Assembly (NCBI GenBank): GCA_963730935.1 | Contig: CAVSTP010000002.1 | Location: 704,001 to 768,000, forward strand | Length of the DNA stretch: 64,000 nucleotides | Direction of reading: 5' to 3' | Source: an uncultured Nitrospiraceae bacterium | Lineage (GTDB): Bacteria; Nitrospirota; Nitrospiria; Nitrospirales; Nitrospiraceae | Shown: positions 1 to 10,227 of the stretch, one piece after another | Layout: every line of letters begins with the position of its first letter | How positions within the stretch are numbered: the first letter of the stretch is position 1 | Made by a program: the position numbers and the translations under genes | Notes under the pieces: generated by a model | What the model saw: the letters and a program-made list of their open reading frames with translations, nothing else | Told to the model about the DNA's origin: nothing | Database searches by the model: none

Positions 1-2473
1 CGCGCAGCGCTTTGAGGATATGCTCTCGCTCCGCATCTTCGAGTGTCTTCAATGATCCGTTCGAGGGCGGAGACAGCACTTTGAGCTCGGACAGCGGGGC
101 TCTCAGATCGGAACCTGACGTTAAAATCACCGCGCGTTCGATGAAATTCTCCAACTCGCGCACATTACCGGGCCACGGATAGGCCTGAAGTGCCTTCATG
201 GCTTCTGCCGGAATCGTCTCGATGCGTTTTTTCATCCGCAGCGCAAATTTCTGAGCGAAGTGCCGCACCAGTGCGGGAATGTCCTCGGCCCGCTCGCGCA
301 ATGGAGGAAGCATGATGGGGAAGACTTTCAGTCGGTAATAGAGATCGCTGCGAAATCTCTGTTCCTCGACCATGTGCTCGAGGTCGCGATTGGTTGCCGC
401 GACAACCCGCACGTTGACGCGCATCGTCCTCGTGCTGCCCAACCGCTCGAACTCCTGTTCCTGCAATACCCGGAGCAATTTGACCTGCAGTTCGAGAGGG
501 ATCTCTCCCACTTCGTCGAGGAACAGCGTACCTCGATCGGCCGTTTCAAAGCGTCCGATCTTGGTCGCAATGGCTCCGGTGAAGGCGCCCCTTTCATGTC
601 CGAAGAGTTCGCTTTCCAGCAAGCCTGTGGGGATGGCCGCACAATTGAGCTTCACGAAGGTCCGTTCCCGTCGATCGCTGAGATTGTGCAGCGCCCGAGC
701 GATGAGCTCTTTTCCGCTGCCGGTCTCACCGAGAATCAAGACCGTCGACGCCGTGGCGGCAACCGTTTGCACTTCCTTCAGCACGCGCCGTAGTGTCTGG
801 CTGTCGCCCACAATCTCCTGAAAGTTGTACTCAGTCTGGATTTCCTCCTGGAGGTACAGCTTCTCCTCGGTCAACTTGTCCTTGAGTCGCGCGATCTGCT
901 TGAAGGCCAGCGCGTTTTCCACCGCGATGGCCACCTGCGCGCCGATCTGGGTGAGTAGTTCCGCGTCGTCTTGGCTGAACGCGTCCTCCTGCATGCTGAC
1001 CACGCTGAGCGTGCCGAGCACCTTTCCGTGGGAAATCAGCGGGACGGCGCATCCCGACCTTAAGCCGGCCGCTTCGGCCCGTTTGACGATCTCGGCGGGA
1101 AATTCGGCCGTGTCCAGATTCCGGATCAGCACGGTCTGGCGGGACGTAAATGCTTTGCCTTCCGGCGTGCCCTCGAGCGGAATGGCATCGCCGGTCTCGA
1201 CAAAATCCTGGTTGCGCGGAAAGTCCAACGCATGCGCCGACAGCCGCTGCGTATCGTGATCAAAGAGCGCGAAGCCCGCCAAGTCGTGGGGCACCACCCG
1301 GCTCAAGCTGACCGAGATGGCCTTCAATAGTTGGCGCAATTCGAGGTGAGCAATTACGGCATTGTTGACCTCGAGCAACAGACGCTGCCGATCCCGCTCG
1401 TGGGCGAGCTGTCGCTGATAGGCTATGGCCGCTTCTGAATTGAAGGCGTTATCTATCGCCACTGCGACCTGTTTCGCCACCTGCTGCATGAACTGGAGAT
1501 CGGCGTCCTGATAGGTCCTTAACTGCAAGCTTCCGAATCCCATGGCGCCCAACCGTCGCTGTGCCGTCGTCAGCGGGACTGCACAGAACGAATTCACGCC
1601 GTTCTCACGCAGGATGGACATCAACTTGGGGAAGCGGTGTTCCTGCGACAGATCGTTGACGGTGAGCGGCTGCTGATGCGTCCAAACCCATCCGCCGGGG
1701 GATTCCTCCACAGGCATTTCCAAGCCGGGGCTGATGGTACTGGGGACCGAGGCCACCAAGAGCCACAGCCGCATCACGTTGCGCGTGGGTTCGTGCAGCA
1801 CGACGTTGATGTAGTCGAACGGCACGATGGAGGGCAGACGTTGGGCGAGATCCTGGAGCAACTCCCCAAGATCCCGATGCGACGCGATGGATTCCGTGAC
1901 TTCCAGGAGGAGACGCAAGCGATCCCGGTCATGAACCAAGTCCTGATGGTGCAACACATTGTCTACGGCCACTGCGACCTGTTTGCCCACCTCTTGGAGA
2001 AACTCCAGGTCGCCGACGCCATACGCGTGTTTGCGCAGGCTCGCAAAGCCCATGGCACCCAGCTGCCGCACGGCCGTCGTCAGCGGGACGACACAGAACG
2101 AGTTGATGCCGTCCTCCTGCATCCGCTGAGTCACATTGGGCCAGCGCGCTTCCTCCGTCAGGTCCGGCACGAGGATTGGCTGTTGCGATTGCCAGACCGA
2201 ACCGGCGGGCGTTTCGTCGAGAGGCTCTTCATGGCCGCCGACAAGATCGGCCGGCACGTTGGCTTGGATCGTCTGCAGTCGCATCCGATTTCTCGCGGGG
2301 TCGTGGAGCGAGAGGGACACAAAATTCACCTGCACGACACGGGGAAGACGCCTGGCAAGATCGCGAAACAATTCGTGCAGATCGCGATGGGCGGAAATCG
2401 CTTCTGCTACTTCAAGCAGAGCCTGGTAGCGCTCTGCGACAGTCTCGCAGGGAGAGAAGGAGTCACGATCCAT
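1..2473 (-). CDS. FhlA-like sigma54-dependent activator with three tandem GAF domains (3' end runs off the window)
   Basis: Not in the ORF track because there is no stop in the window. Manual translation from ATG 2473 ([26 protein letters not shown]) shows Walker [42 protein letters not shown] and the start of a Fis-type HTH ([15 protein letters not shown]). The N-terminal part has three similar repeats. Confidence 0.9.
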   Translation of the reverse strand, partial: MDRDSFSPCETVAERYQALLEVAEAISAHRDLHELFRDLARRLPRVVQVNFVSLSLHDPARNRMRLQTIQANVPADLVGGHEEPLDETPAGSVWQSQQPILVPDLTEEARWPNVTQRMQEDGINSFCVVPLTTAVRQLGAMGFASLRKHAYGVGDLEFLQEVGKQVAVAVDNVLHHQDLVHDRDRLRLLLEVTESIASHRDLGELLQDLAQRLPSIVPFDYINVVLHEPTRNVMRLWLLVASVPSTISPGLEMPVEESPGGWVWTHQQPLTVNDLSQEHRFPKLMSILRENGVNSFCAVPLTTAQRRLGAMGFGSLQLRTYQDADLQFMQQVAKQVAVAIDNAFNSEAAIAYQRQLAHERDRQRLLLEVNNAVIAHLELRQLLKAISVSLSRVVPHDLAGFALFDHDTQRLSAHALDFPRNQDFVETGDAIPLEGTPEGKAFTSRQTVLIRNLDTAEFPAEIVKRAEAAGLRSGCAVPLISHGKVLGTLSVVSMQEDAFSQDDAELLTQIGAQVAIAVENALAFKQIARLKDKLTEEKLYLQEEIQTEYNFQEIVGDSQTLRRVLKEVQTVAATASTVLILGETGSGKELIARALHNLSDRRERTFVKLNCAAIPTGLLESELFGHERGAFTGAIATKIGRFETADRGTLFLDEVGEIPLELQVKLLRVLQEQEFERLGSTRTMRVNVRVVAATNRDLEHMVEEQRFRSDLYYRLKVFPIMLPPLRERAEDIPALVRHFAQKFALRMKKRIETIPAEAMKALQAYPWPGNVRELENFIERAVILTSGSDLRAPLSELKVLSPPSNGSLKTLEDAEREHILKALR

Positions 2474-2525
2474 AAGCGGTTAGTATGGCCTATCGATCCG
2501 CGATGACTCAAGGGGGGAGGATCAG

Positions 2526-2975
2526 TCAGAGGCGTAGCGCTTTGATCGGCGACAAGACGGCAGCCGGGTTCGCTTTCCACAAGGCTTCATCGGCATCGAC
2601 ATAGAGTTCCACTTCATTGCCATCCGGATCACTCACGTACAGACTTTGACTGACCGTGTGATCGCTCATGCCGTCGATCGGCACCCCAGCCTCTTCCAAC
2701 TCGCGCTTGGCGCGGCGCAGGTCATCCAGATTGTCGCCGACCTTGATGCCGATGTGGTACAGACCTCGCCGGCGTCCCGGCGGTGGCCCTGGCGCATCGC
2801 CCACTTGGATCAGCAGCAGCTCGTGGTGCGTGCGGCCCGAGGTCAACGCGGCGGCTGCCCCATTGAAGATTCGACCTACTTCCTTGAATCCCAACAGGTC
2901 ACGATAAAACCCTAGTGACTGGTCCAGGTCTTTGACATAGAACACGACGTGGCCGAGATATTGGGCTTTCATCAC
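2526..2975 (-). CDS. VOC/glyoxalase family protein (catechol dioxygenase-like)
   Basis: LGHVVFYVKDL, GLYHIGIKV and YVSDPDGNEVELY are VOC metal-binding motifs. Confidence 0.85.
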   Translation of the reverse strand: MMKAQYLGHVVFYVKDLDQSLGFYRDLLGFKEVGRIFNGAAAALTSGRTHHELLLIQVGDAPGPPPGRRRGLYHIGIKVGDNLDDLRRAKRELEEAGVPIDGMSDHTVSQSLYVSDPDGNEVELYVDADEALWKANPAAVLSPIKALRL

Positions 2976-3002
2976 GTCCTCCGTTCGGGCGGTCTCGCCG
3001 CA

Positions 3003-3446
3003 TCAGGTGGCTGTTCCATGCCGCCGCTTCGTGTTGCCGCGACCGAAGGCCAGACCGGTTTTTTGCACTTCTTGGTAGGGAAGCAGCCAGACCAAGGACT
3101 CGTCCGAAAGGTCTCCGACTTGGATGCGGTTCCCCCATGGATCACGAAAATCGCAGCGGAAGTCCGGGTGCAATTTGAGTTTGTACTTTTTCGTGAGCTT
3201 GCGCCTCACTTCCTCGATTTGGGCGGCATCCCGCACCATCAGGCCAAAATGCTTCACGCGGTCGGGCTGCAATTTCTCCACTTCAAAAATCGCCATGAAT
3301 TGGTGCTCGCCCAGCTTGCACCAGGCCGCTCCTTCACCGCCTCGCAACATTTTCAATCCGAAGACATCCGAGTAAAACTTGACGGCCTTTTTGGCGTCGG
3401 TCACCTCAATGACGATATGGTTGCAGCCATACACCTGTACGGACAT
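3003..3446 (-). CDS. VOC/glyoxalase family protein
   Basis: NHIVIEVTD..KAVKFYSDVFGL, HFGL, FRDPWGNRIQV. Confidence 0.8.
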   Translation of the reverse strand: MSVQVYGCNHIVIEVTDAKKAVKFYSDVFGLKMLRGGEGAAWCKLGEHQFMAIFEVEKLQPDRVKHFGLMVRDAAQIEEVRRKLTKKYKLKLHPDFRCDFRDPWGNRIQVGDLSDESLVWLLPYQEVQKTGLAFGRGNTKRRHGTAT

Positions 3447-3449
3447 CGT

Positions 3450-4106
3450 TTACTTCCTGCTCAGAAGGCCTTCCGCCTGCTGCGAATGGATTTTCTCAAT
3501 GGCGCCGACAAACACGTCGACCGGCTGCGCGCCAGAAATGCCGTAGCGGTTGTTCATCACAAAGTAGGGGACGGCGCGGATGCCGAGCCGGTGTCCCGCT
3601 GCTTCTTCTGCTTTCACGTCGGCGGCTCCTTCATCAGTCGCGAGAAAACGGGCCGCGTCTAACCCGGCCGACTCGGCCAGGCTGGCCAACACTGAGGGCA
3701 ATCCGATATCGGCGCCCTGCTCAAAATATCCTCTGAAAAGAGCGTCCACGACCGCATCCTGACGTCCCTGCTGTGCCGCATACCAGATTAGGCGATGGGC
3801 CAAGAACGTATTCGGCGTCTTGATGATCTTCTCGAATGCGAACGGGATCCGCTCGGCGACTCCAGCCGCGGTGACCTGCTCTTCGAGACGGCGGAAGGCA
3901 TCGAGACTGCCGAACTTTGCTTCGAGGTATGCGGTCCGATCCATTCCTTCCGCAGGCATCGCAGGATTCAACTGAAACGGCCGCCATGTGACCTGCCTTG
4001 GTACGGTCGGAAGCTGAGAAAGGGCGCGCTCCAACCGCCGCTTCCCAACGTAACACCAGGGACAGACCACATCAGAATAAATGTCGATGGTCAACGAGCC
4101 GTTCAT
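3450..4106 (-). CDS. DsbA family oxidoreductase (FrnE-like)
   Basis: SDVVCPWCYVGKRRL CxxC motif, PFQLNP, GIRAVPYF, ISGAQP. Confidence 0.9.
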   Translation of the reverse strand: MNGSLTIDIYSDVVCPWCYVGKRRLERALSQLPTVPRQVTWRPFQLNPAMPAEGMDRTAYLEAKFGSLDAFRRLEEQVTAAGVAERIPFAFEKIIKTPNTFLAHRLIWYAAQQGRQDAVVDALFRGYFEQGADIGLPSVLASLAESAGLDAARFLATDEGAADVKAEEAAGHRLGIRAVPYFVMNNRYGISGAQPVDVFVGAIEKIHSQQAEGLLSRK

Positions 4107-4987
4107 GACAAATGTCCCATCCTCCCAGCCTGATAATCCTCCGCCGCCTTTACCAGTTCGGCCCTCGTGTTCATGACAAACGGACCATAGCGGGCAATCG
4201 GCTCGTCGATCGGCTTGCCGCTCATGATCAAGATGCGGCTGTCCTGTTTGGCTTCAAGGACAACAAGGGATCCCTGGCGCTTCAACACGACCAATTCGGC
4301 TTCTCCGGCTGGTTTGGCACCGTTGACCGAAACACCCCCTTGAAGCACAAAAACCGACGTGCTCTGTCCCTCAGGGAGCGTCAACTCGACTCGCGCACCG
4401 GCTTGCAGCTGAAGGTCGTAGAGTTCGACCGGTGTAAACGTCCGCGCCGGTCCTTTCTGTCCCTGAAACGTCCCTGCGATGACCCGCAGGCGGCCCGCCC
4501 CATGCTCGAGAGCAACGGCCGGAATGTCGGCATCAAGCAGCGTTTGGTACCTCGGCGCCGACATTTTCTGCGCTTGTGGAAGATTCACCCACAATTGAAT
4601 CGCTTGAAATGTGCCGCCTTGTTTCGCCCACTGGGTTTCATGCAATTCCTCGTGCACGACACCCGAGGCGGCCGTCATCCACTGGACGTCTCCGGGACCG
4701 ATCACGCCGGCGTTGCCTGCCGAATCCCGGTGGGCCACCGCGCCGTCATACATGATGGTGACCGTCTCAAATCCGCGATGGGGATGTTCGCCAACTCCCC
4801 GCGGGTGGTCGGTCGCCGGAAAATGCTGCGGGCCGGCGTAGTCCAGCATGAGAAACGGGTCGACGGATCGATCCAAATCGTTGCTCGGAAAAAGGTTGCG
4901 CACGGGGAAGCCGTCGCCGACCATATGCGTTGATCCGGGTTGATAGATGCCCAAAACCTCCTTCGCCGTCGTTACGTCCGTTGTCAT
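4103..4987 (-). CDS. Pirin family protein
   Basis: HPHRGFETVT, VQWMTAASGVVHEE, QLWVNLP, GPFVMNT. Start moved to ATG 4987 behind an AGGAGG RBS. Confidence 0.92.
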   Translation of the reverse strand: MTTDVTTAKEVLGIYQPGSTHMVGDGFPVRNLFPSNDLDRSVDPFLMLDYAGPQHFPATDHPRGVGEHPHRGFETVTIMYDGAVAHRDSAGNAGVIGPGDVQWMTAASGVVHEELHETQWAKQGGTFQAIQLWVNLPQAQKMSAPRYQTLLDADIPAVALEHGAGRLRVIAGTFQGQKGPARTFTPVELYDLQLQAGARVELTLPEGQSTSVFVLQGGVSVNGAKPAGEAELVVLKRQGSLVVLEAKQDSRILIMSGKPIDEPIARYGPFVMNTRAELVKAAEDYQAGRMGHLS

Positions 4988-5009
4988 GATGTCCTCCTTG
5001 CCGATCGCC

Positions 5010-5326
5010 TTACGGCTCGATTCTCTCGGCCACGACTCGGTCAACCGACCATCGACCGCCTCCTCTGATTAAGAGCGCAGCCGCAATCCCGATGACCAAT
5101 AAATGATACTCATCGCCTTCTAATGGCTCCCAGCATGATAACGGCCAGGCTGGCAACCGCAAACCTGGTGAGAAACCCAGCCAGAAGCCCCAGGCTGCCG
5201 AACGACTCCAGTCCCATCCTTTGCGTGAAGGAGCCCATGGTGCCCTCAAAGCCGAAGCCGCCGAACTATCCCAGCAGTTTCTGGGCGCCATGAGGGACCG
5301 TCGTCGGTCTGAAAGAGCGCCTTCAT
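5010..5326 (-). pseudogene. Degraded DoxX family membrane protein gene
   Basis: AGGAGG RBS then ATG 5326 (MKALFQTDDG). A frameshift leads to PHGAQKLLG*FGGFGFEGTMG...ESFGSLGLLAGFLTRFAVASLAVIMLGAI with an in-frame TAG at 5266-5268. A second frameshift leads to EGDEYHLLVIGIAAALLIRGGGRWSVD. Confidence 0.85.
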
Positions 5327-5358
5327 GGCTACCTCCTTGTCAGTGCCTCACTACCGGG

Positions 5359-5387
5359 AAGATAGTTCTAGTTAGAACCAAAGTCAA
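5359..5387 (-). promoter_or_regulatory. sigma70 promoter of the doxX-pirin-dsbA-VOC operon with a palindromic operator in the spacer
   Basis: TTGACT-17 bp-TATCTT on the minus strand; inverted repeat GTTCTA-GT-TAGAAC at 5365-5378. Confidence 0.7.
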
Positions 5388-5392
5388 GGGCG

Positions 5393-6535
5393 CTAGTCCA
5401 ACGTTTGGCGGTACCGCTTGATGCCGACCGCCAGCGCCACGAGAGCAAAGAGGGCAATCTGCCAGAGTTGGAGCCCGACTTCCTCAAGCCCATTGCCCTT
5501 GAGCAGGATGCCTCGCACAATACGGAGAAAGTGGGTCAACGGCAGTAACTCACCGAGGGCCTGCGCCCACTGGGGCATGCCGCGGAATGGAAACATGAAG
5601 CCTGAGAGGAGCAGGGACGGCAAAAAGAAAAAGAAAGACAGCTGTACGGCCTGAAGCTGATTCTCCGCCAGCGTGGAAAAAGTGATGCCCATGGCTAGGT
5701 TCGCGGTGATGAAGACGAACGCGACCACTAGCAAGACTCCAACGTTTCCCAACATCGGCACATGAAACAGGAGCCGGGCTGCGAGCAGAATGAGCCCGAC
5801 CTGCACATATCCTACCAGGATATAGGGGATGATTTTCCCCACCATAACCTCAAAAGGGCGCGTCGGCATCGATAATAAATTCTCCATGGTGCCTCGTTCC
5901 CGCTCCCGAGTGATGGCCAGCCCAGTGATCATCACCATCGTCATGGTCAGCACGACGCCCATCAGACCGGGCACAATGTTGTACTGTGTGTTCGCTTCAG
6001 GGTTGTATTGCGCATGAATGCGCAGATCAATCGGCTCATCGCTCGCCGCCAGGAATCCCAGCGGCCCCTTGAGATCATGCCGGAGGGCCGTCGACACGAG
6101 CACCCGCAGAGACCCGATGGCATTGCTCGTGGCCGCGGGGTCGGTCGCGTCGGCCTCCACGAGAATCGCCGGCCGTTCCCCCCGTAGCAGATCACGCGTG
6201 AAATTCTGCGGAATGTTCACCACAAATTGCACTTCTCCCCGAGCAAGTACATCCCGGCCTTCCTGCTCGGTCGTCAGTTCTCGCTTGAACTCAAAGTAGT
6301 CGCTGTTGCGAATGGCGTGGAGCAACGTGCGGCCTTGCGGGCCGTAGTCGGCCAGGAGCACGGCGGTGGGCAGACGTTTAGGATCGGCATTGATGGCGTA
6401 GCCGAACAGCACAAGTTGGATCAACGGGACGCCGATCATCATGCCAAAGGTCACGCGGTCCCGGCGCATCTGGATGAATTCTTTCACCACGATGGCCCAA
6501 AGACGCGACATCGAAAATCTGCGCGGCGTGCTCAT
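5393..6535 (-). CDS. ABC-2 type exporter permease
   Basis: KEFIQMRRD, REREERGT-like RERERGTMENLLSMP, LSGFMFPFRGMP. ATG 6535 overlaps the upstream stop (ATGA). Confidence 0.9.
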   Translation of the reverse strand: MSTPRRFSMSRLWAIVVKEFIQMRRDRVTFGMMIGVPLIQLVLFGYAINADPKRLPTAVLLADYGPQGRTLLHAIRNSDYFEFKRELTTEQEGRDVLARGEVQFVVNIPQNFTRDLLRGERPAILVEADATDPAATSNAIGSLRVLVSTALRHDLKGPLGFLAASDEPIDLRIHAQYNPEANTQYNIVPGLMGVVLTMTMVMITGLAITRERERGTMENLLSMPTRPFEVMVGKIIPYILVGYVQVGLILLAARLLFHVPMLGNVGVLLVVAFVFITANLAMGITFSTLAENQLQAVQLSFFFFLPSLLLSGFMFPFRGMPQWAQALGELLPLTHFLRIVRGILLKGNGLEEVGLQLWQIALFALVALAVGIKRYRQTLD

Positions 6536-7470
6536 GACGCAAAATTGTCCGGCGCCCGATCCATGAGGTGAATAAACACTTCTTCCAGACCGGAGTTGAT
6601 CCGATGCCATTCATAGGGCGGAGTGCGAAAGGGCGCGATAGCGGTTTCAAGGGCTTCGGCGTCGTCGCTGCTGACGTGCAAGCGGTTGCCGAAAGCGACT
6701 GCTTGACGCACGCTGGGATGCCTCCGCAGCTCTTCCGCCAGTTGATGCAGGTTTGGCCCGCTCACCGCCCAGGTCGTGAGACGCGCCCGCGCGATGACCT
6801 CCGGAACTGTACCGTGCGTGAGCAAGTGCCCGTAGGCGATGTACGCCACCTGGTGACATCGTTCGGCCTCGTCCATATAGTGGGTCGTGATCAGAAACGT
6901 GAGCCCTTCGGCGGCAAGCTGATGGATCTGTTCCCAGAATTCGCGACGAGCCTTAGGGTCCACGCCGGCCGTCGGCTCATCGAGCAGCAGAAGCTTCGGT
7001 TGGTGGATCAGACAGGCCGCGAGCGCGAGCCGCTGCTTCCATCCGCCCGACAGCTGTCCGGCCAACTGCTGCTGACGTTCAGCAAGCCCAAGTCGTTGGA
7101 GACTCCGCTCGACGGCCTCCCGCCGGTTCTTCACGGCGAACATGCGGGCCACGAAGTCCAGATTTTCAGCGATGCTCAGATCTTCGTAAAAGCTGAACCG
7201 CTGGGTCATATAGCCGACCTCAGCTTTGATGGATTCGCTTTCCCGAATGACGTCGTACCCCAGACAGGTGCCGCTGCCTTCATCCGCACGAAGCAGACCG
7301 CAGAGCATCCGGATGAAGGTGGTCTTCCCGCTGCCATTCGGGCCGAGAAATCCGTAGATCTCCCCGCGACGGACCTCGAGGCCGATCCGATTGACGACCG
7401 TGCGCTCGCCGAAGCGTTTCGTCATCCCGTGAACGTCGATGGCGAGCGTCTGTCCAGACAGGTCGTTCAT
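6532..7470 (-). CDS. ABC transporter ATP-binding protein
   Basis: GPNGSGKTT, LSGGWKQR, LLLLDEPT, TTHYMDEAE. Confidence 0.95.
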   Translation of the reverse strand: MNDLSGQTLAIDVHGMTKRFGERTVVNRIGLEVRRGEIYGFLGPNGSGKTTFIRMLCGLLRADEGSGTCLGYDVIRESESIKAEVGYMTQRFSFYEDLSIAENLDFVARMFAVKNRREAVERSLQRLGLAERQQQLAGQLSGGWKQRLALAACLIHQPKLLLLDEPTAGVDPKARREFWEQIHQLAAEGLTFLITTHYMDEAERCHQVAYIAYGHLLTHGTVPEVIARARLTTWAVSGPNLHQLAEELRRHPSVRQAVAFGNRLHVSSDDAEALETAIAPFRTPPYEWHRINSGLEEVFIHLMDRAPDNFAS

Positions 7471-8459
7471 CGGGCGGACCCGAATAATACGTCCACCGGC
7501 TGCCCCGGATTCAGCTCCGCGGCCGCTGATGGATCAAAGACGAGTTCCACCATAAAGACCAGTTTGTCGCGGCTTTCTTGGCTATAAATCACCGGAGGCG
7601 TGTATTCGGCGCGCGGCGAGATGTAACTGACCTTCCCCGAAAATGGTCTGGCGACACCGTCGACGGCCACCAGTGCGTCATCGCCAGGATGTATCGTTCC
7701 AAGCCGCTTCTCCTGCACGAAGGCCCGTACCTTGATGTTTTCAGGAGGCAGGAGGACCACCACCGGCCGCCCCGCCGGCACCCATTCGCCCTCTCGATAC
7801 AGCGTGTCGAACACCAGCCCTGATTTCGGCGCCTGCTGACGCTTTTGCCCGAGCTCCCATTCGGCCCTGGCCAGCGCCGCCTCGCGCGCCCGAACCTCGG
7901 CCTCGGCCGCGAGAACTTGATCCGTGCGAGAGCCAAGCAACGCCGTGTCCAAATCCGCTTGGAGCTGCGCCACTCGCTGTCGGTCCTGATCGCGCGCCGC
8001 CCGGGCACGGTCCACCTCCAACTCCACCGCTGCGCCTGGAACCGTCGTCAGACCCTCCTGTCGCACCACCTCGCGGGTCGAGAGCCGCAAGGCCGCCTGC
8101 GCTTGTTTGAGTTGCGCCTTGATGGACTCAATCTCCGTCGGACGTTTGCCCTTCCTGGCATCCTCGAGATTCGCGTGAGCTTGACTCAGGCGGCGCTCGG
8201 CTTCATCTCTCGCGGCCTTTTCGGACACTCGTTCCAAGGCAAACAAGGCCTCTCCCGCGCGCACCTGTGCTCCGCGCCGAACGGCCAATGATTCCAGTGC
8301 GCCAGCAAAGGGGGAGGCGACGTAGACAAACTCGCCTTCGACATATCCTTGGACTCGATCCGAAGGCGGGCGTTGACAGGAGATCCACAGGGCCGACGCC
8401 ATGACTGCGCCGGTTACGCAGAACAATGTTCGAGCGCCCGCGTGGCCGTGCGCCCTCAT
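7467..8459 (-). CDS. HlyD family membrane-fusion protein
   Basis: QGYVEGE, a coiled-coil centre, SPRAEYTPP and PGQPVDV; in an operon with the ABC genes. Confidence 0.9.
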   Translation of the reverse strand: MRAHGHAGARTLFCVTGAVMASALWISCQRPPSDRVQGYVEGEFVYVASPFAGALESLAVRRGAQVRAGEALFALERVSEKAARDEAERRLSQAHANLEDARKGKRPTEIESIKAQLKQAQAALRLSTREVVRQEGLTTVPGAAVELEVDRARAARDQDRQRVAQLQADLDTALLGSRTDQVLAAEAEVRAREAALARAEWELGQKRQQAPKSGLVFDTLYREGEWVPAGRPVVVLLPPENIKVRAFVQEKRLGTIHPGDDALVAVDGVARPFSGKVSYISPRAEYTPPVIYSQESRDKLVFMVELVFDPSAAAELNPGQPVDVLFGSAR

Positions 8460-9079
8460 GGCGATGACCTCCGCACGATGGCCCCCTCTAAGATGACCCG
8501 GATGATGGTCGAGTAGCCTCGTTCCAGTGTCAGACCGAGTTCGGTCACTTTCGACGGAATCATGATGGCCTCGACAGCGCCGAGCAATATCTCAATGAGC
8601 AGATGCACCGGAATGTCCTTGCGAATGAGGCCCGCCTTGCGTCCCTTGTTGAATAGGGCGGCGACATGACGGCGAATTAGCCGACGGCGGCGATGTTCGA
8701 CGATCCGGAACAAATCCGGCGTTTCCCGCCCCAAGTCCCGAACGAACGACGGGTGAATTTCGGCCGTGTGCGCTTGCACGCGCTGGAGAAACCGATGGAT
8801 CGCTTCTTCCATGTCGAAGGAGCGCTCCGATGCCACCCGGCTGAGATCGGCCGCCACCTCGTTGAATTTGTCTTTTAACACGGCCTCCACGAGCGACGAC
8901 TTGCTCGGGAAGCAGGCATAGAGCGTCTTCTTGCTCATTCGCAGCTCGGCGGCGAGATCGTCCATGCTGACTCTTCTGAAGCCGTGGACGAAAAATTGCC
9001 GCCGGGCCGCGGCGATCACGTGCCGTGCGACGACAGATCCGCCTGTCCTCTGGTGTCGTCTCGAGCTCTGGGCATGCAT
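8456..9079 (-). CDS. TetR/AcrR family regulator
   Basis: FFVHGFRRVSMDDLAAELRMSKKTLYACFPSK helix-turn-helix. Confidence 0.92.
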   Translation of the reverse strand: MHAQSSRRHQRTGGSVVARHVIAAARRQFFVHGFRRVSMDDLAAELRMSKKTLYACFPSKSSLVEAVLKDKFNEVAADLSRVASERSFDMEEAIHRFLQRVQAHTAEIHPSFVRDLGRETPDLFRIVEHRRRRLIRRHVAALFNKGRKAGLIRKDIPVHLLIEILLGAVEAIMIPSKVTELGLTLERGYSTIIRVILEGAIVRRSSP

Positions 9080-9089
9080 GGCAATACTA

Positions 9090-9133
9090 TGGAAACCATT
9101 GCAGTACTACAAGTTTCCAGCCGTCGGTGTCAA
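9090..9133 (-). promoter_or_regulatory. Putative TetR operator and promoter
   Basis: Imperfect palindrome TGGAAAC-ca-TTG-c-AGTACT-a-CAA-GTTTCCA (9090-9119) downstream of a perfect TTGACA (9128-9133, minus strand); the -10 element is unclear. Confidence 0.55.
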
Positions 9134-9204
9134 CCTCGTGCGCCCTGACCGGACAGGGTACGAGGACGGTTCGTGGTCCATGAGGGAACAGGACCGCGCG
9201 CGTT

Positions 9205-9678
9205 CTATTTTCTTTCTTTGATGGCCCGTTGGACTTCCCGCCCGGCTTCGCGGGTTTTGATGGTCTCTCGGCGGTCGTACAGCTTCTTGCCCTTGGCGAG
9301 CCCAAGCTCGACCTTCGCGTATCCGCGCTTGGAAAAGTAGATGCGGAGAGGGATGAGGGTCAGTCCTTTTTGTTGGGTCTTACCCAGCAACTTGTGAATC
9401 TCGGTCTTGTGAAGCAGCAGCTTCCGGACTCGCGTGGGATCATGATTCATGATGTTCCCATGACTGTAGGGACTGATATGGCACTGATGAAGGTAGACTT
9501 CGTCTCCCCGTACAGAGGCATAACTGTCTTGCAGGTTCACCCGCCCTTCGCGCAAGGATTTGACTTCGGTGCCCTGCAGCATGATGCCGGCCTCGTATCG
9601 CTCCTCAATGAAATAATCGTGAAACGCCTTACGGTTCGTCGCCACGACCTTTTCGGAGGCCTCGGTGCGCTCTGTCAT
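9205..9678 (-). CDS. smpB: SsrA-binding protein SmpB
   Basis: [40 protein letters not shown]. Confidence 0.97.
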   Translation of the reverse strand: MTERTEASEKVVATNRKAFHDYFIEERYEAGIMLQGTEVKSLREGRVNLQDSYASVRGDEVYLHQCHISPYSHGNIMNHDPTRVRKLLLHKTEIHKLLGKTQQKGLTLIPLRIYFSKRGYAKVELGLAKGKKLYDRRETIKTREAGREVQRAIKERK

Positions 9679-9735
9679 AATTCCCTCAGCAGCTCGTCCT
9701 CTTGACCTGACGCGGACCGCCGCCTAAGATTCGCC

Positions 9736-10227
9736 ATGCGTCCTTCCGGCTCGCTCGATTCGTTCAGCACCATCCTCGCGAGTCTCTCGAAACGGCTTGG
9801 GCTGCAATCCCATCTGTTCGAGCTGCGGCTCCAACAACAATGGCGTGAGATTATCGGGGAACCCGTCGGTTCTCACACGTGGCCCGTCCAGGTCCGATTC
9901 AAGAAACTGTACCTCATTGTCAGGAACTCCGTCTGGCTGCAGCAACTCGTCTTTTTGAAGCCCACGCTGCTGGCGAAACTGAATGACCGGGCCGGGACTG
10001 AAATGCTTACGGACATCGCCTTCCGTGTGGGGGAGATTCCGGATGTTCGTACCGTGGTCCCGGAGCCATCGCCCCAAAGCGTCCCGGTGAGCGACGCCGC
10101 GATAGTCGAAGCCCATGCCCATGCCGCCGCCGTGCAGGATCCTGAGCTGAGAACGCGATTGGCATCCGTCATGGCAGAAGCGTTTTCACGATCGGCACTC
10201 AACGATGAGGGGCCACCGACTCCTTGA
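9736..10227 (+). CDS. dciA: DUF721 / DciA helicase-loading protein
   Basis: WREIIGEPVGSHTWP...LYLIVRNSVWLQQL...LLAKLN...DIAFRVG pattern; located near dnaA/gyrase. Confidence 0.75.
   Translation: MRPSGSLDSFSTILASLSKRLGLQSHLFELRLQQQWREIIGEPVGSHTWPVQVRFKKLYLIVRNSVWLQQLVFLKPTLLAKLNDRAGTEMLTDIAFRVGEIPDVRTVVPEPSPQSVPVSDAAIVEAHAHAAAVQDPELRTRLASVMAEAFSRSALNDEGPPTP

Noticed and set aside
260..2506. Plus-strand ORFs 260-793, 825-1259 and 1637-2506
   Set aside because: Antisense shadows of the minus-strand sigma54 activator; no recognisable motifs
9120..9740. tmRNA (ssrA) next to smpB
   Set aside because: Flanking gaps are too short and no tRNA-like ends were seen
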